From assembly GCA_000004985.1 (NCBI GenBank), contig GG738861.1: a stretch of DNA of 64,000 bases; one strand, 5' to 3'. The position numbers and the translations under genes are program-made. Origin of the DNA: Naegleria gruberi. Its lineage: Eukaryota. Of the stretch, positions 50,594 through 60,726 are shown piece by piece; the first letter of the stretch is position 1, and every line of letters begins with the position of its first letter. The notes under the pieces were generated by a model. That model was given only the letters and a program-made list of their open reading frames with translations. It searched no databases and was not told where the DNA came from.

Positions 50594-52542
50594 ATGAGTG
50601 CTAAAGCTTCTCCTCTTACTACAAACACCAAACGAAAGTTTGACGAGCTTTATTATGATGATCACAAAAATACAGCCAACGGAGGTACACCTAAAAAGAC
50701 ATCATCAAAAGCCAAGAACAATAATAATAACAACAATATAGAAAGAACTTCTCCTCCAGATAAGAGAGTAAAGAAGTTTACTTCATCAGCCTCTCCTAAA
50801 GTTGTAGGTAAGTAATACAAACCAACCGACGTTTCCAAATATGTATAATTGGCCAACATTTTACAACGCCTTTCATTTTGCCATCAGTATTATCATCTGA
50901 TTCCTCTTCCTCCAACACATTGCCACTTTCTAAGAAAGTAAATAGACGACAATCCACTGCAGTTGATAATGAAAATAGCTACTCTCCATCAGGTTCTTCA
51001 TCCTCTTCAAGTTCAAGGGAGAATAGTTGCGATACTAAGGAAACAATAATATTTATCAAGAAGGATCTGCATTCAAAAGGAAATGAATTGAGTGATTCCA
51101 TTGATAGTGATGAAATGCCATGTATTTCACATAAAACAGTCTCCCTCAAACGACCACTATCACAACAACAAGGATTTGCAACTCCAAACAAGATCAGTAG
51201 TAATCCTCAACCACACATAAGCACAACCTCCACTCAATCCCATTCGACCTCCACTCCTCCAATTCCTTCTAGTTCACAAACCCATAGTAATAATAGTAAT
51301 GGTAATACCACTCCAAAGACTCCAAAAACTTCATTTGCAACACCTTCCAGCCAATCCTCTAATGTATCTCAAAAAAAGATTTCACCTTCTCCATTTTCTC
51401 AACATTTCCCTAATTTAACAAGACCTTATTTATCATCACCTCGTGATACCAAATCTCCATTATCCACTCCAATTAAAACATCCAGCCAAGTTTCAATGGT
51501 GTCTGATAATGCACCTTCTCCTACCTCTGTAAAAACTGGTCCAAACCATCAAGCAACCCTTCCAATCCTCTCCCAAAAACCTAAGAAATTTCCAGTATCC
51601 TACTCTCAAAAGATTGGACAATGCATATGGACTCCTCTTGAATCCAATTCAGAAAATGAAGGAATGCTCGAAGAGTTTGAGTTATTCTGCATTAAAACCA
51701 TCAGAGATCAAGACAGTTTTATACCAGATAAGGCCCTTGAAATTCTACATACCTTCGACAATGACATCAAACAAGCTAAATTATATGTGAAGGAACATCC
51801 AAAACAAATCACAAGAAGGAGGATTTTAACTGACGAACAAGAAGCAAAACTCTACAAGGCCTTCAATGAATTCCATCTCTACAAGGGTTCTCTTAGGAAT
51901 TTATACAAGGCAGTTTTGCCAGAGGTACCTTATTTTGATTTGGTTAATTATTTTTTCATTTACAAAAAGGAAGAATCTAAGGTTCCACCAAAACTCAGCA
52001 AAATTGTTCGTAATGGTCTTTTAAGAGCTGCTCAAATGCGCAATATCATTTCAAATCAAGCATCATCCTATCAAAACAATGACTCTGATAGTAGTGGTGA
52101 CAGTAGTTCTGATGATGAGAATTGTTCTGATAGTGCAACAGAGGGAACTCCATCAAGACAAGGTAATAATAATATAAAGAAGGAATCTAATCAAAATGAA
52201 GAAGATGATTCTGGTGATGAATCCTCTGATTCAGAGGAGGAAGAAGAAAAACTCAAGTCTACCCCAATCAAATCACACTCAAATAGTAATCATATCAAAT
52301 CTCAAACACCTCATTCGACCTTTTGTTTGAGTGATAGTGAGGAAGATGTTAGTTTCAAAGATCATGAGTTTGTCAATGATCTTGCACAATACAGCAATCA
52401 TGATGCTTCTTCTCAGGAGGACAGAGCTTACATACCTATTGAGAATGAAGACTCAACCTCAACAACAGAAGTGTTCAATTTTGAAAACAACGAAATGTAT
52501 GAGTTACATCCTCCAACTCAACTCTTCTTTGATCTAAATTAA
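50594..52542 (+). CDS. S/T/P-rich nuclear protein with a C-terminal SANT/ELM2-like region: join(50594..50807,50888..52542)
   Basis: The track start 50591 is a GTG and the ATG is at 50594 (MSAKASPLTTNTKRKFDELYYDD...KAKNNNNNNNIERTSPPDKRVKKFTSSASPKVV). A perfect AG|GTAAGT donor and an 80-nt intron ending ccatcAG join it in phase 1 to the 554-aa downstream ORF, whose own M is a TTG. SANT-like residues are ILTDEQEAKLYKAFNEFHLYKGSLRNLYKAVLPEV. Confidence 0.65.
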
Positions 52543-52615
52543 TATCACGTGGAATTGTAATAAAGTACTTATGTATTTCAATTCTCAATTTGAGATTCTT
52601 TATTAATAGTAAAAA

Positions 52616-54663
52616 ATGTCTCAAAGCAACTGCAGTGATGATACCAACAAGAAGAAATCTGCTGCTGCCAATAAGAATGAAGCAGAGGACAGTCAATCCC
52701 GAAGCCAAAATACAACACCAACAAAAGGAAAATCAAATCTTCAAATACATATTGAAGATCATCATGATGAAGAATTGGATTGTTCTTCACCAAAACCATC
52801 ATTTGGTGCTTCATCATCAACTTGTTTGGCAACTCCTTTGAGAAGTAATATACAACAACAACAGCAACAACAACCCGTGATGACAAAGTTTGTTCTCGAT
52901 GATGAAACTGGAAAATTGGTACAAGCTGCTTTTGATGAGGATGAAATTCAAGATTATTTGGATGCTGAGGATTCAGATTATGATGAGGATGATTCCGAAG
53001 ATTATGACGATGAATACGATTTAGGAGATCAATTGGAAAAGGAATTTATGGATCAAGTTCTTGAGGAGTCAATGAAAACCCTAGATATACTATCACCAGT
53101 TAAACCACCTGCTGGTTCCGAACATGTGTTTGATTTTGTGACAGGTGGTGCTCAGGATATTCTCGAAAAGCAACTTCAATTTGAAGATGAGGAGGAAGAA
53201 GAAATACTCATGACTGATTTTGCTGAAGGAATTGTCAAATGTATTCCATTGAAAGAATACGAAGCTGCCATTGAGGAATCTTCATCATCAATATTGATGG
53301 AAGCTTGTATGGCTGAAAATTCATATTATTATAATGTATTTCAAAGTGCTATGAAGAGATTTTATTTGGATGTGAAAAGATTTTTAATAACTCAGTCATA
53401 CAGAAAGAAACAAAACGATCCATCTCTTCAGGTATCTTCTGATGAGGAGGAAATTAAGAAAAAGTGCTATGAAGGTTTGTTTCAACAAAGTTTGAATCAT
53501 TCTAAATATTTTAACTAGTTCAACCAACATTGTCCTATTTGGAAAATGAAATTTATGACAATTTTGTACCAAAAAGCTCTCAAAGGGATGATATTCTTTC
53601 AGATAGTGAAATGATTCGTATTGCTCAACAAATTATCAAATCAAAAGAGGAGAGAAGAAAATTATTTTATGAATGGACTGAAGAATGTGATAGAAATGCC
53701 ATAGCACCTGATACTAAGGATGAAATGGAACATTTTGATGACGATCCAAATGATCCAGAATATGAAGATGCAGCCAATAAGGATGAGTTGGACAAGCTGA
53801 AAAGATTCAAAACTAATGGAGCTCACATTAGAAGAATTAAAATTGGACAATGGTCACCAACACTCAATTATGATGGGCAATTCCTGCTAAAGGCATCTCC
53901 ACTATTGAAAAAGATTTACTACAAACTGTTCACATATTCTCCAAAGTATCACATACGACCAGAGAGTTTAGACGAAAAGGAAGTGTTGGAATCTTATATT
54001 GTCGAGTCATCAGCATCAAAGGAATCATTTAATGATCAAGTATCAAGAGAATTTGATAGATTTAAGGTTAGTCACGCACTTTGGATGGAAATTGACTATG
54101 GAGATATCATTGGTATTCATTTACAAAAGACATCCACGCCTAAATCCATTCAAGATCATCCTCTCGGTTTGCTTGTGCTCCTTTTATCAAAGAAACCAAA
54201 ATTCCTTACCAGAAGAATTGCTTGTACAGATCAACAACTTAATACCCTCAGAGAACGTGCAGATTTTACCAACGATAAGCAGGCCTCATTGTACAATAGA
54301 CATTACATTATTGGAGATTATAGAGAATTGAAACGAGTTCTTTCAGTAATTTTACAAAGTGATGATAGTGGCAGATTATCGAGAATTTATCAAGATGGCA
54401 TGGAAAACATTTTCGAAACAGAGCCAATTTGGAGCTATGATCCCTCAGAGGATGATAAATTTATCGATCCATCCAAGGACACAATAGATGAGGAAAACTT
54501 AGTAAGAGCCCTCCCTGATGAAGAGGGTTTCTTTGAGGCAGAAGACGAAGAAGAGGAAGCTCTCTACGAGCTCGAATACGACTCTGATATTGGAGAGTTT
54601 GATTTTAAAAATCTTGGTACCACTTATCAATTGAGCAACGACACTACAGAATTGGACAATTAA
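52616..54663 (+). CDS. Acidic protein of about 667 aa: join(52616..53474,53519..54663)
   Basis: A 44-nt intron (GTTTGTTTCAAC...ttaacTAG, phase 1) fuses the 300-aa and 377-aa track ORFs to give ...KKKCYEG|VQPTLSYLENEIYDNFVPK.... The second ORF's M is a TTG, and its first ATG is about 30 codons in. There are D/E-rich runs and a Q7 tract. No family recognised. Confidence 0.6.
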
Positions 54664-54959
54664 CCCTTTGAATTTCCAAATCTGTAGTCATTAATACTAC
54701 ACCATCATTTTGTAAATATGATTCGCTCACAATATTGATAAGGTTGGAACTAGGAAATGTTACAACAAAAAACTATTCGATATCCATTCTAATTTCATTT
54801 TTAGCAATCAACAGTTCACCTTTCATTACAATAATCGGTATTGAAGAGATTTTCATTCCACAACCAATAAAGCAACAAGTGTCTCTTGGATTTTTCACAC
54901 GAAAAAAAAGCGTCCCTGACATTTGCCATTCAACAACAAATTGATTGACCAAAATCAAG

Positions 54960-55946
54960 ATGATTAACCCATCTGTTTCCACTGTGCAAACTTTGCACTC
55001 ACCTGATGTGCGCCAAATGATTCCCATCACTTTCGGCTACACTTCAACCTACGCCCACACTATCCTAAACTTTAACGGAACCTCTCTGTTGCCACAACAA
55101 TTCAACGATTTTCACCAACTTTCCCAAGCAGACTATACCAAAACCTGTCAAGAATTAGACACTCTCATTCTCAAGAATTATGCCTACGAGGAGAGAAAAG
55201 AGTTATTCATGAGAATTGCTGCCATTGTTTCATTAATTCTCTTGCTGCCAATTATTGGATTTTTCATTTATTATGCAATCGATGAGTTGTTTTTAAAGAA
55301 GAAGAGAGATGCTGAATTGAGAGAGAATATGCAAAGGATTTTGGATGATCACAATGCTAGATTGTATAATCCTAAGGGAGTTTCATTGGTTTTGGATGTT
55401 GGATTGACATTGAATAGTTTTTCTGTTCCGATTGAAGCTTGGGAAATTAAGGTTGTTTCACATAGAGTTCAATTGCCACCTGCTAATCAACCATTGGCTT
55501 CCCCAGTCAAATTATACGAAACTAGATGTTCCTATAATAGAGAATGTCGTTTATTTAATCAAACTATTCCAGCCTCAATCAAGGATCAATATCAATTAGG
55601 AGATGAATGGGAGAAACTTGTTAAGGAAATGAATGCAATTTCCCTTAATAATTTACAAGTTTTCTTTCAATTTGTAACTGCCCCATTATACTGGTCTGTT
55701 TTGGTTTCGTCCATTACTCTATTTCTTGCTCTATTTTTATTTTTGCCATTCTTCTTGATCTATGTTGCCATCATTTACTTTGTAAAACTCAAACCAGAAG
55801 AAGATAATATGAGAAATGTGAAACTTCCACAACTTGTGAAGGAATATAATGAGAAATATTTCCTTCCAAAGGGTTTGAGAATTGCTCTCGATCAAAATAA
55901 GGTAAGAACTGCACATATTGATACTCTTTATTTGGCAAAACAATAA
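54960..55946 (+). CDS. Hypothetical membrane protein (2 predicted TM segments)
   Basis: The track start is a TTG and the ATG is at 54960 (MINPSVSTVQ...). TM1 is IAAIVSLILLLPIIGFFIYYAI. TM2 is LYWSVLVSSITLFLALFLFLPFFLIYVAIIYFV. No family recognised. Confidence 0.5.
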   Translation: MINPSVSTVQTLHSPDVRQMIPITFGYTSTYAHTILNFNGTSLLPQQFNDFHQLSQADYTKTCQELDTLILKNYAYEERKELFMRIAAIVSLILLLPIIGFFIYYAIDELFLKKKRDAELRENMQRILDDHNARLYNPKGVSLVLDVGLTLNSFSVPIEAWEIKVVSHRVQLPPANQPLASPVKLYETRCSYNRECRLFNQTIPASIKDQYQLGDEWEKLVKEMNAISLNNLQVFFQFVTAPLYWSVLVSSITLFLALFLFLPFFLIYVAIIYFVKLKPEEDNMRNVKLPQLVKEYNEKYFLPKGLRIALDQNKVRTAHIDTLYLAKQ

Positions 55947-56004
55947 AAATATTCGAAATGAGTAAATCATGAGAAATATTTCCTAAATTTAATGATTTTT
56001 CAAA

Positions 56005-57171
56005 TTAATGTTCACTAGCGGCAGAAAACAATGCAGCAACTGGTGTCGAAACTAATGATTCAGTTTTTGTTGTTGTTGAGCTTTTCACAATTTCATTTCT
56101 CTTTTCAATTTCATTGAGCGCCTTTTCAGAGTCCAAGAATAATGGATAGAAAAGAAATAAAACCAAAACTGAATAGATTAAAACACCTAGACAATTGAAG
56201 AAATGCCAAACTGCTTTGATTTCTTCAAAAGCTGTGACTCCTGCAGCTAAACTAACGGAAATTATTTCTAATAAAATACACAAAACTAAACCTATCATTA
56301 ATCCAATGGTAATTTTGAATGGTGATTGAACTCTCTTTTCAAATGTTTGAGTTTCTAATGAAATCCTTACAGAGCTATTACTGTGATTATTTTTCTGAAT
56401 GGATTGAGTAACATTTTGAGTTGTTTTCCTAATGTTTCGAATAACCAAAACTCCAGAGCTGATAACCATTGAAATAACAAAAGCAAACATGAAGAAAACA
56501 ATCACAGCAAAGACAGGAAAAATATATGTCATTGTACTTGTTGGCACAATTTCGAAATTCTTAATTCCATATAAAATAGAAGCTGCCAAAATTAATAAGG
56601 AAGAAACGAAAATGAATACCACATTAATGGAAATCATTAGCATTTCAATAACTTTGTGAGTTTTCTTTGAAACTGCTCGCATTAGTTGTGCTGTTTTCCA
56701 ACTTGAATTCGAAAGTTCAGTAAACTGAAAATTAAACTAAACTTACAACATACTCTGAATGAAAAATATAATTTCAAACAGCGAAATAAAGTTAATATAC
56801 ATAAAGAATGTTGAAACGCCACCCATCACTTGAATTGCAACGAAAAAATTCCATTCTACTAATTGACCACTTTCGGATAATATCCTGCCATGCATTTGCA
56901 TGGAATCAAGGACTAATCTGCACATCAGATTCAAACATTGTATCAGAACAAACAAAATTGTGAGTCCGAATAGTATTTTGTGGTTTCGAACAAGTTTAAT
57001 TTTCGTGCTTATTCGAAACAAGAATAAACCTAGACCTATTAAATAAACTAGAAATACAATGAGAAAGAATAAACAATTAGCAAGAGATATTGCATTCGAC
57101 CAAACTGGAAGAAATGCACCTGTAGTAACGTTAGCATATTCATTAATTTCAATTGGTTTCGAATAGAACAT
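56005..57171 (-). CDS. Seven-TM membrane protein, tandem paralogue A: join(57171..56747,56701..56005)
   Basis: Exon 1 (MFYSKPIEINEYANVTTGAFLPVWSNAISLANCLFFLIVFLVYLIGLGLFLF...IIFFIQSM) ends in phase 2 at a GTAAGT donor. A 45-nt intron ends in caAG. Exon 2 is FWKTAQLMRAVSKKTHKVIEMLMISINVVFIFV... with 4 more TM segments. Total 373 aa and about 7 TM. See paralogue B. Confidence 0.7.
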
Positions 57172-57536
57172 TTGGATTTGTTTTTTTTAATGTTGAAAAG
57201 TTTGTTGCATTTTATTGCTTGATTCGCAAATATCGCAACTAGTGGGGATACTGGAATCATTACTCATCTCTTGTCGAGGAATCCATTGTTGAAAATGTAT
57301 ATCTACACCTTTCGAATAATCGTAATGCACTTTCGGTTGATGAGAGCAGCTATGAAAATACTTTTATGAGGAGAGATGCATTTCGAAGATACCAACATGG
57401 AAGCATTGCATGTTACTTTCAAATCCCAAAATGTCGTTGCATTCGTCTTGTTTCTAATATTTTTTACCATGTTACAATATTATTAGAAACATTACCATTT
57501 TAAAATTAAATAATGTTTGTCTATCAATTGAGTGGT

Positions 57537-58637
57537 TTAGTTTTGTAATAATTCAACAATTGCATCAGCCAAGTCGTTATAGTTTCGTTTAAATCTGAAA
57601 CCATGAGTTCCACATTTCCATTCCTTAATTTTCAACTTTCCATTCGAAACCTTGTTAATTAAAGTAGCAAATAATTCGCCTTCATCTCTTACTACATCAT
57701 ACTCGGCAAGCCAGACGAAACCTTTTGGAAATTTGGAATAGAATAAATTATCTGAAAGGTCAATAGCACTAAGTGGTGATAAAAATCTATTCGATTTCAC
57801 TTCTTCTTCCCTCAATTCACCAATTAACAAACTCCAAAACATGTCCATTATCATTCCATCAAGTAAAAGTCCACAATCTCTAAATTTCTTATACGAATCA
57901 TACTTTTCATTTCCATATTTGTAATATTCCAAAACTGGATATAGTAAACCTTGCTGAGTTATCTGTGGCACATTTTCTCTTTCCAATATTTCTTTATCAA
58001 CTGAAAATATTCTAATTTGAGTTGTAATTGCTAAATGAGCTCCTGAAGATTCTCCTGTTATGGTCAATTGTGAAATATTTCCATTATATTTCTGATAATT
58101 CTTTCCAATCCAAGAAAGTGCATTCAAATTATCATTTAAACATGATGGGAAAACGTGTTCTGGAGTTTTTCTGTAATTTACACTCACGACTAGGAATCCT
58201 TTTTTGGATAAAGTCAGGCAGAGTTGATTGGAAGAGTCAATTGAGCCAAGCATCCAACCACCTCCATGAATATACATCACAATGGGATAGCCATCATTTT
58301 TGAAAGGTTTAGGTTGGTAAATTCGAAGTGAATAGTGTGAAATTGGTTGACCATTTTCTTTCAAATATAGTTCAGAACTTGAAGTGTCAAATGTAATTGG
58401 AATTGTCTCAATTTTCAACGATTCCGTTTCTAGAGAAGGTGGCAATGGTTTGGAAAGAACCTTTTCTATTATTTTCATTCTAGGTCCAAGAATTTTTATC
58501 ATTGACTTGATTAGGAAACTTCCAACAATTATTGAAATTTTCACACCAGGAAATTTCACACTTTGCAAATAGATATGACCAATAAAGAATGCTACTATTA
58601 ACACGGCTACAATAAACAGTACGAGTAGTAATGCCAT
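57537..58637 (-). CDS. Alpha/beta-hydrolase fold-3 lipase/esterase (arylacetamide deacetylase / hormone-sensitive lipase-like), membrane-anchored
   Basis: An N-terminal TM anchor (MALLLVLFIVAVLIVAFFIGHIYL) is followed by the HGGG oxyanion motif (YIHGGGWMLGS), a GXSXG nucleophile elbow (ITGESSGAHLAI), and a C-terminal candidate catalytic His (WKCGTHGF). Confidence 0.8.
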   Translation of the reverse strand: MALLLVLFIVAVLIVAFFIGHIYLQSVKFPGVKISIIVGSFLIKSMIKILGPRMKIIEKVLSKPLPPSLETESLKIETIPITFDTSSSELYLKENGQPISHYSLRIYQPKPFKNDGYPIVMYIHGGGWMLGSIDSSNQLCLTLSKKGFLVVSVNYRKTPEHVFPSCLNDNLNALSWIGKNYQKYNGNISQLTITGESSGAHLAITTQIRIFSVDKEILERENVPQITQQGLLYPVLEYYKYGNEKYDSYKKFRDCGLLLDGMIMDMFWSLLIGELREEEVKSNRFLSPLSAIDLSDNLFYSKFPKGFVWLAEYDVVRDEGELFATLINKVSNGKLKIKEWKCGTHGFRFKRNYNDLADAIVELLQN

Positions 58638-58836
58638 TTTTTTTAAATATTTCCAAATAGCTTCAACGTTTACTGCGACAATTTACGATTATTCGTTGAG
58701 ATTCTAGTTGACCGTTGTAATCTTGCAATTATTATCCCTATTGCAGAGTTATTCTCATTAGTTCCAGATCCAAGCAAGCTTCAATTTCTTCCACAAATTA
58801 TAATTTCAATCCATTAAGACACAACTCAATAGTCAA

Positions 58837-60012
58837 TCACACATCTTCCTTACTCAATGAAATCTGTGAAGAATTTGCAGAATTTTCAATTTTCACAACA
58901 ATGCTCGAATTCATCAACTCATTTCTCTTCTCAATTTCCTTCAATGCATTTTCCGAATCCAAAAACATTGGATAGAAAAGCAACATTAACAGCACTGCAT
59001 AAATCAAAACTCCCAAACAATTGAAAAAGTGCCAAATTGCCTTGAAATCTTCGGATGAAGTTACGGTGGAGGCGAGAGCCAAAGAAATTATTTCCAATAG
59101 AATGCACAATAATAATCCTAAAAGTAAGCCGAAAGTTATTTTGAAGGGAGATTGGACTCGTTTTTCAAATGATTTGATTTCAAAGGAAGCTCTGTTGGTG
59201 GGAGCAGAGTTTTGAGTATCGGAAAGTGAAGTGTTTCGAATAGATTGAGTGACGTTTCGTGTTGTTTGTTTGATGGTTCGCATGACGAGAATTCCTGAAG
59301 TGATAATTAATGAACTGAGGAAGATTAGAATAATGAAAATTGCAATAAATGATGCAACGAAGGCATAGGTCAAGTAGTTATTCGAAATGATTTCGAATTT
59401 CTTAATTGCATACAATGCAGAAACTGCAACCACAACCAAAACTCCAATAATTACAACCACAACATTTGCTATTAGAATGATAATTTCAATAATTCTATGT
59501 GTCTTGTTTGAAATGGCTCTTAAAAGTCTTGCAGTTTTCCAACTAGACAAATTATTCGAAAGTGTTCAAAACTAAACTTACAATAATCTCTGAACAAAGA
59601 AAATAATTTCGAATAGTGAAATGAAATTAATATACATGGCAAATGTTGTAATACCTGCTGTCACTTGAATAGCAAGAAATAAACTCCATTCCACCAATTG
59701 ACCACTTTCGGATAATAATCTTGCATGTATTTGCAACGAATCATGAACTAATCTACAAATTAAATTCAATATCTGAATAATAACAAAGATTATTGTCAAC
59801 ACAAATAAAACCTTGTGATTTCTCACTAGTTTCACCTTTCTACTTATTCGAAACAAGAATATTCCAAGTGCAATCAAGTAGACAATGAAAATTATTAGAA
59901 AGAAAATACAATTCGAAAGTGAGAGAGCACAGGACCATACTGGAAGAAAGACAGATGTTGTTACGTTGGCGAAACCTCCACTTTCAATAACTTCTAAAGG
60001 TACAATTGACAT
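58837..60012 (-). CDS. Seven-TM membrane protein, tandem paralogue B: join(60012..59582,59542..58837)
   Basis: Exon 1 is MSIVPLEVIESGGFANVTTSVFLPVWSCALSLSNCIFFLIIFIVYLIALGIFLF...IIFFVQRL. It has the same phase-2 GTAAGT donor at the homologous position. A 39-nt intron ends in ctAG. Exon 2 is FWKTARLLRAISNKTHRIIEIIILIANVVVVII.... Total 378 aa, about 55-60% identical to paralogue A. Confidence 0.7.
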
Positions 60013-60322
60013 GTTTTTTTGTGTGAATTAATTATGTTTCGTCCGGTTTCTTTTGGTGATCTAATCCTGTTTGGGAACATGTAAATGATGCAGTTAACAA
60101 TATTAATTGTCAATTTGACTTTCTATATTTGAAATAGAATCGGTCAAAAATGCTCAAACATTTCTAATAGTTTTATTCGAAAGATCTACTATGTCAATAA
60201 GGAAATGGATGAACATCATGTAAACGAACTCTTGAAAAGAACAACAATCAGTTGAAAAATTACTTGCATTCTATTGACAAAGTTTTTTACAAATCTAATG
60301 GAATTTTAAGATATCTAAGAGA

Positions 60323-60560
60323 GATTATTATTGGAATAAAAAGGAATTCACACTAGCTCAGAAAATGCTGTTGAACCACTTTACAGAAATAATCCCACTA
60401 ACATTGTGATTAACACACAACTACTTGTTAATTATAGATGCCTCTGTTTATTAAATGGAAATGCCAATGATTTTCTGTCAAATGTAGAGTTTTATTACTG
60501 TATGATTTCACATACTTTTCACAGGTGAAAACTCAGAACTATTCGGACATAACATTACCA
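60323..60560 (+). pseudogene. Degenerate duplicated fragment of the downstream TPR gene (copy of its 61681..61938 coding segment)
   Basis: gattattattggaataaaaaggaattcacactagctcag...gatgcctctgtttattaaatggaaat...ctcagaactattcgga matches gattattattggaatagaaaggaattcacactagctcag...gatgcttatgtttattgaatggaaat...tcagaactattcgga inside the CDS at roughly 65-70% identity. The upstream copy contains stop codons. Confidence 0.6.
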
Positions 60561-60726
60561 TGATGTAAATTACAATATCCTTCTAGTATATGATAGAGAG
60601 TTTCCAATTTTTCTTTTGGATCACCAATTTTGTGCCATATAGAAAACCCAATGTATTTATGTAGCTAGGAAGATATTTGGAACTCTAAATTGATTGAGTT
60701 TTTTGGATAAAGTGATCACAAAAAAA

